Assembly: GCA_048128005.1 (NCBI GenBank)
Contig: JBEUKZ010000069.1
Coordinates: 310,001 to 374,000, forward strand
DNA: 64,000 nt
Origin: Veleropilina oligotropha
Taxonomy: Eukaryota
Direction: 5' to 3'
Every line of letters starts with the position of its first letter. Position 1 is the stretch's first letter. The notes under the pieces were generated by a model. That model was given only the letters and a program-made list of their open reading frames with translations. It was not told where the DNA came from and searched no databases. A program made the position numbers and the translations under genes. Shown here in pieces: positions 14,500 through 27,867 of the stretch.

Positions 14500-15030
14500 T
14501 TAACTAGAACTGCCATCCAGCGGATAACGAATACCCCCTCGCAGGGCAAAGGTCACATGTGATTCCACGAAAACTTACCACAGGCGCAAAACTACACTAT
14601 GTATCAATGACGTCTGTGAAGTTTCGATGAAATCGGACTTGTAGGTTGGGAGTAGTGCGGACAAAGTATCTGGGGTCAAAGGTCATTACGGCAAAGTCAA
14701 ACGATATTCCGGGAAAATTTACCACAAGTACACATCTAAACTATGTAGTGATCACTTCTGTGAAGTTTCGATGAAATCGGCCATGTAGGTTGGAAGGAGT
14801 AGTCCTGACAAAGTTTTCGGGGTCAAGGGTCACTACGGTAAGGTCAAAGGTCATTCCGGGAAAATTTACCACACATGCACAACTACTGATGACTTCTGTG
14901 AAGTTTCGATGAAATCGGCATGGTAGGTTGGGAGGAGTAGTCCGGACAGACAGATGGACGGACAGACAGACAGACAGACATGATGATTTCAGCATACCCC
15001 CCTAACTTCCTTACGGGGGGGGTATAATAA
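14500..15030 (+). repeat. Helentron/HINE-like element with tandem satellite units
   Basis: AACTAGAACTG start, repeated gtgaagtttcgatgaaatcgg...ggggtcaaaggtca units, (GACA)n, terminal palindrome cccccc..gggggg then TATAA. Confidence 0.6.
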
Positions 15031-16023
15031 TACAAGAACGCTGTTGCGCATCACAAATAAGGAGAGCAAATGTTCATAGGTCCAAAAAGACCAATTTATA
15101 CACATTTAATAATTAATTTAATTTTTGTTCAGTATCACTGCCAAAATGTGAGTTGAAATACATATTTATCACCAATATCACAGCATATATATGCTAATAA
15201 ACAATGTTTTCCTAGGAACATGGATATGCCCCGGGTATATACATTGACCATTGGATACAGCTTGCTCCTGATGGGTCTAGAAGGAAACCATTGAGGAATT
15301 GCTGCATATAGCTTTGCAAACAATTTTTAGTTTTAACAGTCACCTTTAAGTCCCACTGCTTGCTGTACCTGTAGTAAATATCATTATGACATGCCTAAAG
15401 CAAGTATTTTACAATATAAAATAAATATTTTTTCTCAAAACTGTGTCTCTAAAATGATAGATTATGATCTGAAATCTGAAAAGATTTGTTACAAACTTTC
15501 ATTAATAAATTTACATTCACAACCATATCCCATTTTTTAAGAAATCGGGCGCTATAGAATATTTCAATATCACTGTCAGAGTATCAGGAGATATCCATGT
15601 AACCTAAACCAAAGCAAATATATGCAAAAATGCCACTAGAACAAACCATATACACTTAATGAAAAACTTTAACATTTGGTGTGGACAGATAGGACGGACG
15701 TCCGGACTGACATCCATCATCATTACATAGGCTTGCATGCGAGCCAAAAAGCAAGTCAACTGCGATACATGTTTTGGTTATAACACAACAAGTTATGACT
15801 TTTCAATGCTTGCATTTTGTGAGAAGTTTGTTGCACCATAATCTGAATTAGCTGGGCTGTCATGATAGTATTGCATAAATATGCAAGAGGATTTCTAGTA
15901 AAAAAACAAGAACTTAAACGATATTAAAACACATGTTCTCATTTAGATAAATATCCTAAATCATCCATGGCTGCCTACTTAAGATTATGAGAGGAATATC
16001 AATAGTTCAAAATAACAACCCAC

Positions 16024-16140
16024 CAAATGAGCCCTGCTGTTAGTGAACTGGACAGCTGGTGTTCCGGTTCCACTGTCAGTAACATCAACAGACGGTAGTG
16101 CAGTGGGCAGAGTGACATCTTCTCTCATTCCAGCATTTAT
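16024..16140 (-). CDS. HECT gene exon 6 (repeat exon copy 2)
   Basis: INAGMREDVTLPTALPSVDVTDSGTGTPAVQFTNSRAHL; 117 nt, phase 0/0. Confidence 0.65.
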
Positions 16141-16489
16141 CTGTATTGTGAATATTGATGTCAAATTAATTCAGTACGAATCCACAATATGTTGAGAAGT
16201 CTGTCTGTGCTAGTATCACTTGACTTCATATACATATTGGCATATGTGTCTTGACGTATGCATATGATGTCGGTGTCTGTGAATTTCACAACCACAGAAA
16301 CTGAGATGCATATATATATATATATATACATATCAATGTTGGGTAAATTTGCGTTAATAATGTCATCAGATTATGTGCCTAATATTTGTAGGTACCGTAC
16401 CTGTTTCATTTCCATAGTGGGTTTTATTTTATAATACATATATTATTAGAATATTAAACCTATTGTGTAATATTGATGTATTGAATGCA

Positions 16490-16792
16490 CAGGGCTCTAT
16501 TTAGATATTTAAATGTAGGAGCCCTGTGTGGGCTTCTACTATTTAAAATCTAGGAGCCCACACCCATTTCGAGGAGCTCTGATCATAATATTTTGGGTAA
16601 TCTCTTAAATGGTTGCATTAGCCTCAATACAAGTGACATTAATATATGTCACTCCAATCTAAAGCGATCTTCTTTATAGTAATGATCTCAGTGTTAGGAC
16701 GGGCTACCACGCTACCATGTAAGAGATTTTAGGAGCCCTGTGTCATTTCTAGGAGCCTTGGGCTCCAGGACTACCATGTAAATAGAGCCCTG
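16490..16792. mobile_element. MITE with CAGGGCTCTATTTA TIRs and a 5-bp ATGCA TSD
   Basis: TIRs visible at both ends. The paralogous intron copy near 19585 (ttgaatgtagtg) lacks the insertion. Confidence 0.75.
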
Positions 16793-16839
16793 ATGCAGTG
16801 AATGAATCACTGGTCAAGCCTTTAACAGCAATTCAACAA

Positions 16840-17730
16840 AAACTAGAACTGTCATCCAGGGCAAAGGTCACATGTGATTCCGCAAAACTTACCACAGGTG
16901 CACAACTACACTATGTACTCATGACTTCTGTTAAGTTTCGATGAAATCGGCCTTGTAGGTTTGGAGTAGTGCGGACAAAGTATCCGGGGTCAAAGGTCAC
17001 TACGGCAAAGTCAAACGTCATTCAGGGAATATTTACCACAGGTACACATCTAAACTATGTAGTGATCACTTCTGTGAAGTTTCGATGAAATCGGTCTAGT
17101 AGGTTGGGAGGAGTAGTCCGGACAAATTTTGGGGGTCAAAGGTCACTACGGCAAGGTAAAAAGGTCATTCCGGGAAAATTTTCCACAGGTACACTATGTA
17201 CTGATGACTTCTGTGAAGTTTCGATGAAATCGGCCAAGTAGGTTAGGAAGAGTAGGCCGGACAAAGTTTTCGGGGTCGAAGGTCATTCCGGAAAAGTTTA
17301 CCACAAGGTTCACAACTACACTATGTACTGATGACTTCTGTTAGGTTTCGATGAAATCGGCCTGAACAATTATTGGGGTCAAAGGTCACTACGACAAGGT
17401 CAAAGGTCATTCCGGGAAAATTTACAACAGGTGCACAACTACACATGTACAAATGACTTCTGTGAAGTTTTGATGAATCAGCCTAGTAGGTTGGGAGGAG
17501 TAGTCCGGACAAAGTTTTCAGGGTCAAAGGTCACCATGGCAATGCCAAAGGTCATTCCGAAAAAATGTACCACAGTTGCACAACTACACTATGTACTGAT
17601 GACTTCTGTGAAGTTTTGATTAAGTCGGCCTGGTAGGTTGGGAGGAGTAATCCGGACAGACAGATGGACAGACAGACAGACATGCTGATTCCAGTATACC
17701 CCCCCTTACTTCGTTACGGGGGGTATAACA
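16840..17730 (+). repeat. Helentron/HINE-like element, same family as 14500-15030, with a longer tandem array
   Basis: Same start, same repeat units, (GACA)n and terminal palindrome tacccccc..ttcgttacggggggtataa. Confidence 0.6.
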
Positions 17731-19107
17731 ACCTCCCTTAACGATGGGCATACCCCATTAGGGAACTGTGTGCATGAGGAGTTGTCATAATAAACATAGG
17801 CAGACATAATAGGCACATTCATATAACCATTACCAATGCATATATGTATGCATACATGTACCTTTAGCAACCCATATAAAAACGTTAATTTATGTCCAAA
17901 AACACCAATTTCAGGCATTATTTAAATAAAATTCAATTCAATATCTGTTCCAGAGAATCAGGTTACATATATGTTAGCCAACGCGGAACTGAGCATTTGT
18001 GAAAAATAATGCACGATGGCCGACAGGCCTGAGAGCATTATTGTTCACGAATGCTCAGTTCCAAGTTGGTTAACTTATTTAATCCTACTATCATAGCAAA
18101 AATAAACTGTGTTATGTGTTTAGACAATATACTAGTATTAATATTAAATTGCATCGTCAAATTACGAAAATATATAAATTTGGTGTGGATTGGATATGGT
18201 GTTTCTCAACTGAACACCCTGTCAGACATCGGTCTAAATAATTGTAATCATGTTAATGAATAGACAGTAATGAGCTCGTTATTGTGAACCAATGAGTCGG
18301 ATGCGAAATAGATTATCTGTGGTTTTTTGGCGTAAAGTCGGTGCCATTCATCAGTTCTCAACATGGAGTCAAAAACGGAACAATGTGTGGCCAGAATTAA
18401 CAGCAAGTACGCTACTAATTGCTTTTAAACCCATTCTGATCTATTTAGATTTGGAATGGTACATCGACAGAAATCTGCAGCAATGTACAATGGATTTATC
18501 TTGACGCTGGATTTGTCGACCAATTAGGCAACACAATAGTCACACGATCGTGGGTGCTTGGAAAATAATGTCCAGTTAAGACAAAACAAAACTGGGCATT
18601 CATGGAAAATAATGTCCAGTTAAGACAAAAGAAAACTAGGACAAATGGATTAAATCCATATAACCATTACCAATCTATACTAAAATCTTGGAGTTTGTCT
18701 GTCTGCCTGTATGTTCCCTATAGGCTCCCAAACGGCTGGACCGATCTCCACCAAATTTTGCATGCAATCCACGGGTACCAAGGGGGTGGTGGAGATCGGT
18801 CCAGACATTTGGGAGCCTACAGGGAACATACAGACAGACAGACAAACTCTCCACGATTATAGTATATATTATTATTTATAAACCTGTTTTTTAAGGATTT
18901 TTTATATATATTTTATAAATTTATATATTTGGGCTTCTAACATGTTATTTGCTTACTGCAAGGGGATTCCTAGTAAAAATCCAAGAACTTAAATGGGTAT
19001 TAAAACACATGATCTCATTCAAACAAACATATCCTAAATCATCGATTGCTGCCTACTTTATATTATATGAGAGAAACAACTATATTTAGTTCAAAACAAC
19101 AACCCAC

Positions 19108-19224
19108 CAAATGAGCCCTCCTGTTAGTGAACTGGACAGTTGGTGTTCCGGTTTCACTGTCAGTGACATCAACAGCCGTCAGTGTAGTAGGCAGAGTGAC
19201 ATCTTCTCTCATTCCAGCATTTAT
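19108..19224 (-). CDS. HECT gene exon 5 (repeat exon copy 1)
   Basis: INAGMREDVTLPTTLTAVDVTDSETGTPTVQFTNRRAHL; 117 nt, phase 0/0. Confidence 0.65.
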
Positions 19225-20429
19225 CTGCATTGTGAACATAGATATGTCAAATTAATTCCTACTTCCACAATATGTTGAGAAGTCTATCTGTGCTCACTGC
19301 TGGTATCATTTTATATACATACATCACGTAACATGCATTGGGCTATATACATTGGCAATATGTCTTTACATGTCAGTGCCTGTGAATTTCACAACGACAG
19401 ATGCACATCAATGATGGGTTTGATTAATAATGCATGTACAAGTCATCAAATGATGTGCCTAATATTTGTAGGTACCGTTTCCATTTCCATACAGGGTTTT
19501 ATTTTGTATAATTAATGCATATTTTTAGAACATTAACCTTATTTAATAGTACCTCAATACACATATTGTGTAATATTGATGAATTGAATGTAGTGGTGAA
19601 TAACTGGTCGGTCCTTAACTGACATTACGTACCGGAGACGACTATTCAACAACAATGTTAACCTCGATCCATACATCATAAACCAGTTTGAGATTGATTG
19701 AGAACTCAACTGTGTGTATAAGAAGTTGATAAACATAGCCTGACAGAACAGGAACATTCTAAAATATTGCTGTCAGTGTTACAAGACATTTAACCTGTGG
19801 TATGATTGAATATAAACTGTTCAGATGGAGTGTTGATATCCTAATCATGCATTATTATATACTTTATAAATAAACCCATTTCTATTCATAATTGATAGGA
19901 TCTTATACACGTGACTAGTCCATAATTATCCATGAACACCGGCTAGTCCATAACAACTTTATAAATATAGTTTATGACACGCTCCTTTCCATGTCCATTT
20001 CTATCCACGTCAATCATCTTAGCGGACGACAACAAACTGTGACTGTCAATGATGGATAGTGTTGAAAAGAAGGAACTTTTATGTTAATATGCAGTTTATT
20101 GATATATTTTTTACATTTTTGTTAATGTCCAGTTTATTACTGTTTAATTGTTTATTAATTTCCAATTAGATAATATTGGAGAATAAAATTTTGACGTTTT
20201 CAAACTAGTTTAATGAGTTTATTCCATGCTGATAAAATATTTAATTTACAATTAGAAGACATTTTTTTATGGTTGAAGTATATAATAAAATAATTATGGA
20301 CATTTGTGGTGGTGAATATATAGAGGATCTCAAACGAGTTTCCAAATCATATGAGCATTATGAAATGAGTCTGGCACAATTTATGTACCGAGCCTTGGCG
20401 AGGTACATAAATTTGCTGACGTATTTGGC

Positions 20430-20915
20430 CAAAACTTGAACATAAGCGGTGAATTGATGCTACAAGTATATAAAGCTTCGATGACAAATCAAAGTATGCC
20501 AAGAGTCATCGCGCGGAAACCACTTTGGATGGAAACATACAAAATGGCCACTGGCGGTCATCTTGAACTACGGATCTGGCCAGAAATCGAACTTAGGTAG
20601 TACATTGATGTTATACAAGAGTGTGTACATAAAAGTTTCATGAAAATCAAAGCATGCCTTCAAGAGTTAATATCACCCAGAAAGCAATTCAGATGGCAAA
20701 ATACAAAATGGCCACTGGCGGCCATCTTGATCATCGGATCTGGCCAGAAAATGAACTTAGGCGCTGAATTGATGCTACAAGAGAGTGTATAAAGTTTCGT
20801 TAAAATCAAATCATGCCTTCAAGAGTTATCACCCGGAAACCAAATCTAGACGGACGGACGGACGGACGTGGGTAACACTATATGTCCCCCAAACTTCGTT
20901 TGTGGGAGGCATAAT
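20430..20915 (+). repeat. HINE-like element with tandem units
   Basis: Repeated caaaatggccactggcgg.catcttga...cggatctggccagaa, (GGAC)n and a terminal palindrome. Confidence 0.5.
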
Positions 20916-21180
20916 GACTACCAAAGTCTGTGATAGCGGCTAAGCCTATATACTCTGGTAACCTGACCCTGCCGACAAGCATACCATGTCTCTTGTTATA
21001 AACAGTAAAATAACGGGCATGCTGTTCAAGGTCCCCATAAGCTATACTTGGGCCATCATGAGAGTCCATGACTTGCCATATTACTATTTACATAATAATA
21101 CATGAGGATTGCTAGTAAAATTGCATGCATGATCAAGAATCAGATACATGATGATGTACATCAAATTCTTAATCACTTAC

Positions 21181-21617
21181 AAGACCATTGGGAATCGTAT
21201 GAAGATAAATTCGTAGTGGTGTAGTCTTCATGAGTCCAAACAACTTATCTACTGTCACTGCTTCACCATCGATGTTATGCTCAACAGGGGATCCATTAAA
21301 TGAGGCCATGTAATGGGCTATGTCTTCTATTGATATATCTTTGATATTGTTTCGGCCATTGGGAAAGTAAACTTCTTTTATTTGAATTAATAATTCAGCC
21401 ATCGGTGTAACTTTAGCAACATCCATTATTTGTTGTCCACCGCCAGCTTGTGGGGACACCAATTGGTATGTGTGTTTCCTAATCATATGTTTCCAACCAA
21501 TATATATACGGCGAGTTTCTTTCCGTAATAAACATTTCAGAGTTTTTCGTTTATGTTTCTTATTGTTTTGCAGCTCCATGAACTTCTTAATTACTGGAGA
21601 ATCTCCTGTATTTGTTC
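21181..21617 (-). CDS. HECT gene exon 4 (possible beta-grasp/ubiquitin-like domain)
   Basis: Contains the 136-aa ORF (ETRRIYIGWKH...AGGGQQIMDV...YFPNG...LRIYLHT); GTAAGT donor. Confidence 0.75.
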
Positions 21618-22435
21618 CTGAAATGAAAGCTGCTCGTCAATAAATTGTTTCCATTATGTAGTATGCATTAAGTATTTGCATATATATATATATAATATAT
21701 ATATTCATGTACAAGGGCAGATCTAGGGGGAGGGACGGGGGTCCCACCCCCCTTAATTTTGTAAGTGTCATTTTCAAAAATTGTATATAATACGTCCTGT
21801 CACATGTAATAAAATGATCAGAAAATATTGCTCTAAAACATGATATTTTCACCTTAGAATGCAGGAGAAGCCGTTGCACACCGTTAAATAAAAAAAATTC
21901 TTCCGCATGTGGTCCCACCCCCACATGGACAGTGGATAGTAGATATGCCCCCCCCCCCTTTCAAATTCCTTCCTATGTCAATGTTAATATAAATACAGGC
22001 CCGAAGGCAGGTTTCCTGATGGGGAAAGGGAGGGGTGCGAATCTGAATCTCGCTATATTATGAACATTACGCGTGGGGGGGGGGGGGGGGGCAATACTGA
22101 ATTTGCACTCTCAGAGTGCAGGACTGGGGATTTCCCGCCACTAATCGTCAAACTTTTCATTCTTGATGTCATTGATACTATAATATAAAAGTTGGACCAC
22201 CCTTTCCAGAATCCTGGATCCGCCTATGCCTGTTCCCATCCCGACATTTGATGGTACCGGTACTGTATTTTACAAAATTTTCTCATTAAACTTGGTGAAA
22301 ATGATTCATAAATGTTGGTAGAAATATATAGTTTGCACTCTTAGAATGCAGGAGAGGGGGTTTAAACAGAGTTAGTTGTAAAAAAATTCTTCCTTGTGGG
22401 GGCCCCACCCCGCATGCGGAGGACAGTTCATAGAA

Positions 22436-23229
22436 GGCCTGTCTCAAAAATAATAGCCCCCCTAGTGTGACATGGGGGTAAAAAATAAAATATCTGTTTG
22501 ATTCATTGTGTATGATTTTTTACAAAACACATACTATATTTCCTGAAATTAACATTTATAGACCCTCCACCAGTGATTAATTTTATGGTTCAACACTTAT
22601 TCACTTGCAACTGATCTTTGTATAGGTCACCAACATACATCAGCGTAACACTCCTGACATAACTACAGTAGATTTGTTCCCTCCATCATAGACATCTAAG
22701 TATGATAGATATACACATAATATAGCTACAGTGATCTCCCCATTGGTCATATCAACTGCCCATAGTTGAAAAAAATACACCTGGTAAGATACATTTCATT
22801 GTGTGCCATTGAATATTTGGTTATATGTGTAAAAAAAATTGTTTTAGTTTTTCAGGTAGTTTTCTTGGCTTGCCCCTGGTTTATAATAAATGGCAGATAT
22901 GTATATGCCATTACCTAAATTTCATTGCAAACTCCATACATTATCGTAATGCTAGGTCATATTTAATTTAATTGACTCAAAATATATTTTTATCAGCATT
23001 TCAAATTTGATAAACCAGCTCCGTCACGCCAAACGTAACACTCCTGACGCACATAAATGACGATTTCTCCACAAATAATAGTCGTAGAGACCTATTTTTT
23101 TCACCGTTGCTGCGTTGTGTGTACTTCTTCAACCTGAAACACTTAAACAACAACAATTATGAAGCATGAGCATGTTAATGCATATATAGACATATTTTCC
23201 CAGGGGGGCTATTATTTTTGAGACAGGCC
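22436..23229. mobile_element. Non-autonomous TIR DNA element
   Basis: 27-bp perfect TIR GGCCTGTCTCAAAAATAATAGCCCCCC; TSD not resolved. Confidence 0.7.
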
Positions 23230-23628
23230 AGTAGGCCTATTTTATAAAAATCCTGGATCCACCCTTGATGTAATATAAAGAGGACTCCACTTAAAGCCTC
23301 TTTGTTGGACGCATATTATTGTACCCTACACGGCATGCGGAAATCAGTCATCCAATAAGCAGAACAATTTTGAGCTTACTGTACGAATCTAAACCATCAC
23401 AGTAGTACAATCAGATTGGGAGCAACACTTAACCAACTCAGTCGCATTGAAGTGCCCCACAATACAAATGGACTCGGTGTATATACTTCGAAAAATGAGG
23501 GCGCATGCGGTATCTATAGAACTATGCAAAACATTCGAGACCAAGAGGGCCATCAACATTTGAGAGCCAAAATGTCTCCAATCTGCTGGTACAGTAGATG
23601 ATCTTCCACTGATATCAAAATTACCTAC

Positions 23629-23740
23629 CCCTAAGGTGGTTTATGCATGCTTGTTTAATCCTAACTTTAGCACCAATGGTCATTACTCAGAGAGCCTCAA
23701 AATCCAGATCAGTGAGCCCATCCACTTCTTTAGGACCAAT
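23629..23740 (-). CDS. HECT gene exon 3: C-terminal half of SAM domain, with TGA at 23687-23689
   Basis: IGPKEVDGLTDLDFEAL*VMTIGAKVRIKQAC; SAM consensus L.d.dL..LGv..iG.r.ri. Confidence 0.75.
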
Positions 23741-24804
23741 CTGTCACAAAAAATAAGAGTGCAAATTCACAATATTAACCCGTTAACGGTTATATATTAT
23801 GCCAATGAATTCTGTGCAATTAAAAGATTTGTGCATTTTTAATCATCATAACGGTATATCTCATATTTATTAATTATTATCTTGTCAATAGTTGTAATAA
23901 ATATGCGACGGTTATATATTACTAGCCAGGGTACCCGTCTTCGACAGGTGAGTCTCCCCACCCCAACAATAACCATCCAATAAAATGTGCAAGTGAATTT
24001 ACGAATATATGATAAAAAACCTTGGAAAAAAAAATGCCCCACCAAAAAGAAAAGATTTTTTTCTTCTGAAAGCGCCCTAACCACCCCCTTGGTACCCATG
24101 GATTGCATGCAAAATTTGGTGGAGATCGGTTCAGCTGTTTGGGAGCCGATAGGGAACATACAGACAAACAGGCAAACTCTCCACGAATATAGTATAGACT
24201 TACATATATTCAGATTCTTATAGAATGGTCAAGAATGCAATGGATATTGCAGATTATGTGAATTCTATGTAAATTGCTCAAGATTATGGTTGAATTTTTA
24301 TTAGCCGTGGACACTGTACTACATTGTAATATAAAGGGCCCAAACTCTGATAAAAATACACAAAAAATTCAGAAACGCGAACTCGTTCAAGCAATATTTT
24401 CGACAAGTTTCAAGAGATGTCAAAAATAAATACAAAAAGAGCGATGACCAGGAAAATTTAACGGACGCCCGGACGAAGTATGGTATACCATAATATTACC
24501 CGTCAACAGACGTATATATAACTAGAAACAACCGCAAAACCACCATCCTTCATTTCCGTCACTCGATCCTTATTATTACGAGCAAACGTATATTGGCTAT
24601 TTAAAACATGTAAAACATAAACAACACGGACAGCGATTAATGTATAATGTGTGTCATGTTGAATTCAACATTTGTTGTTTTGATATAATGATATTATTAA
24701 ATTGCATTAATTATGACTTGGTTTATTGTCCCTTTTAACAGTTAAGGTCGTATTGGAAAAAATCCATATTATGGTGGGAGGAAATACCGGAATACCTTGT
24801 AAAA

Positions 24805-25066
24805 CCCACCATCCCCCACCGGCTATGGATTACTTACCCACCACCTACGCCAGCTAAGGATTACTTACCCATCATTCCCTGCCGGAAATGGATCACATGT
24901 ACTTACCCACCATCCCCCGCCGGCAATGAATTACTTATACCCACCATCCGGCTATGGATTACTTACCCACCATCCCCCGCCAGCTATGGATTACATACCC
25001 ACCATCCCCCGCTGGAAATGAATTACATGTACTTACCCACCATCCCCCGCAGGCGATGGATTACAT
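24805..25066 (+). repeat. Minisatellite, ~31-40-bp unit
   Basis: Repeated cccaccatcccccgccggctatggattactta variants. Confidence 0.85.
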
Positions 25067-25246
25067 TGACTCACTGACAATCCGAAGTACCCTTGACCGG
25101 TATAGAACCCGCAACCTTCAAATCAGAACAGTCAGAGCAAGCAGATTTGGAACAACACTCTTTTTAAACCCACTGCACTTTGGAGGCGGCCTGTATTGCA
25201 TTACAAAAATTAAGAAAATGGAGAACTTTTCAAATACAGTACTTAC

Positions 25247-25323
25247 AGAATTTGCCTTGAACACATCTGTGAATCCTTGCAGCCCTATTGTTGCAAGAAT
25301 TCCCTCCATTACACTGCCTTCAT
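25247..25323 (-). CDS. HECT gene exon 2: N-terminal half of SAM domain
   Basis: DEGSVMEGILATIGLQGFTDVFKANS, then a GTAAGT donor. Confidence 0.75.
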
Positions 25324-26602
25324 CTGATAATGTATGTAAATTTCACATATAATAAAAATAACATAACGTTGTGTGGACAAACATATAAGATATCAAATCA
25401 CAATTATACATATTTGTCTCAGATCCTATTGTCATAGCCTGAATTGTACACAACACAAATTTCATTTATATGGTGATAACATGCAATCACATAATTAATA
25501 TAATCTAATATATATATATTATAATAAATATCATATACAGGGTGGTCCATAAGTGCCAGGTCACCATTACATATTATATGTGCAGAGCATCTGTATATGT
25601 TCCCCCTCGTTTTTGCTACACAAAAGTATACATCTCCAGGATATATGGGACATGTTTCATTCAGGTAAGCCCTGACACCAAGTGCAAAGTGGACTGGAGC
25701 TCCACAAGTAGGTACCACAGGCATCCCAAATGCACATGGACTGGAGGATTAAGTGCATAATCTAAAATGTTCAACGAGAAGTGCTTTCAATTAAAACAAC
25801 TTACAAGTGAATGCCACTAAATGGCATTATCCCCCACCACAGCCTGACAGGTGTGGTCAATGAAGTGAATTTTTTGACAATATAATAAATGCATTTTGAG
25901 ATTAATATAGTTAAAAGTTGTCAAAAACATTCATTTTTACAACATTCGAATTTTATGTAGCCTACTGACAATTATTTCATTCGTAATGTTTCAGAAGTCA
26001 TCATTTTATAAAATAAAAATTCATTAGTGAGTTTGTTGATCTCATTTATGCGTCCACACAAAAGCTGCTTTCGTTTATAGGTAGCAACCATTATTTAAGC
26101 CTGTACTTAAATTGTAGCATTTCTTATTTAATATTCTAATAGTGCTAAGCCAATATTGGACGGGGCGTTTTTCGAACGAGGCCCAGATTCATGATGTTCT
26201 CGCATGTGACCGTCGTCTGCAAGGTTTCGTCTGCGAAGGTGTTTTCATTCCTGATTCAGTGAATGGGGTCGTCTAATTAAAGCCACATGCACTGAATTTG
26301 ATGCTCAAGAATAAAGAATTTGCATTACATAATTTGACATCATTTTCAATTATACATACTCCGTACTTCGCATGTAATAAAGTTACTTTTCCACACGTTT
26401 CCGTTTTTATCATCTTGAAATTGAATCCCCACTTCTTTTTTGAACGGGCATATATTAAAATAATAATATTTCAAGTAAGAGAAACTGTACGTGCCCACTA
26501 AATTAGGTGAAAGGGCGCCAAATGACAGCTAGCGTACATAATCTTCATAATATGAAACACAGCGATTAAAATAAGACTATAATAGACTATTATTATCCTC
26601 AC

Positions 26603-26633
26603 CACAGTTTTCCTCGACACATGCAGTGGCCAT
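26603..26633 (-). CDS. HECT gene exon 1 (start codon)
   Basis: caacATGG start context, MATACVEENC, GTGAGG donor in phase 1 matching exon 2. Confidence 0.6.
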
Positions 26634-26680
26634 GTTGTGACTTTTGTTGCGTGGAACGCAGTGCGGGCCAAGTTGATGTG

Positions 26681-27169
26681 TTTCCGGTCGATACAGCGAA
26701 ATTTATTTCGCCTTCCGGTCGAGATAGCGAAATTAGCAGTTGCTAATTTCGCTATTTCGCCCTAGGTCGAAAAGGCTAAATTAAGGATTCTAATTTCGCT
26801 CTTTCGCCTCTGGTCGAAAGAGCTAAGAGGCTAAATTACAATTTGGTAATTTCGCTAGTCATTTACTAATTTCGCTCTTTCGCTGTTTCGCGCACGAAAC
26901 AGCGAAATTAGTAGCTGCTAATTTAGCCTCTTCGCGCTTTCGACCAGAGGCGAAATAGCGAAATTAGTGTCTCTTAATTTCGCGCTTTAGCCTTTTTGTG
27001 TCCTGAAAAGGACAAAGACGCTAAATTTAGTGTTCTAATTTCGCTCTTTCGTCCTAGGTCGAAGATGCAAAATTAGCAAGTACTAATTTCGTGCTTTCGC
27101 TATATTGCTGTTTCGAGCACGATACTGCGAAATAGCGAAATTAGCATATGGCCCTAACCGGACACCATA
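26681..27169. repeat. Subterminal array of short inverted repeats plus transposon terminus
   Basis: Many copies of gcgaaattag / ctaatttcgc / ggtcga in both orientations, ending ggccctaaccggacaccata. Confidence 0.8.
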
Positions 27170-27867
27170 ATATAGCCTACACTGGCTCCCTGTTGAGAAA
27201 CGGATTATCTTCAAAATTCTTACATTCGTTTACAATTCTCTTCAAGGAAAAGCGCCTGGATATATTATTGAACTTCTTGCTCAATATCGACCTATTAGAG
27301 CACTTAGGTCGCAGCATTTACAACAGTTGACAGAGAATAGAACAAAGAATAAATATGGCGATAGAGCATTTATCAACAATGCCCCAAAACTCTGGAACAA
27401 ACTCCCATCCAAAGTAAAGGAAAGCACATCTCAGACAAGTTTTCGGAAGACGTTGAAAACGCACCTATTTGCTGATGTATATGCCAACCTGATCAAATCT
27501 CACTAACAATTCAGCTGACATCGTAGTAGTGGAGGACAGTAATGGCTGCTTCACATCTGTTTATTGTTATTGCTTATAGCATTCATCATATGTATCATTC
27601 AAAGTTGGTTGAAGTTCACGCTGATGGCTGCTTCACCTCTTTGTCTGATTGCGCTTGTAAAAAAAATAATAAAATTGAAAAAACTCAACAAAAAAATATT
27701 CTGTTTATTATTATTATTGCTTATTGCATTCATAGTATGTATCATTGATGTCTCTCCTGTATATTCTTGTGTACATTGTACTGTAATATTAGTTATAGTT
27801 TGTACTGCGCTTAGAGCTACACTAGAATAGGCGCATTATAAATGTATTAAATAATAATAATAATAAT
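27170..27867 (+). mobile_element. 3' fragment of an L2-clade LINE (ORF2 C-terminus, 3' UTR, (TAA)n tail)
   Basis: YSLHWLPVEKRIIFKILTFVYNSLQGKAPGYI...RALRS...YGDRAFINNAPKLWNKLP...FRKTLKTHLF; tail tgtactgcgcttagag...gcgcattataaatgt(aat)n. Confidence 0.85.

Noticed and set aside
23687..23689. Selenocysteine reading of the in-frame TGA
   Set aside because: The position corresponds to a SAM glycine, not a cysteine, and no SECIS was identified.
26681..27169. CRISPR-like appearance of the repeat array
   Set aside because: Repeats are degenerate and occur in both orientations, with no unique spacers and no cas genes, in a eukaryotic context.
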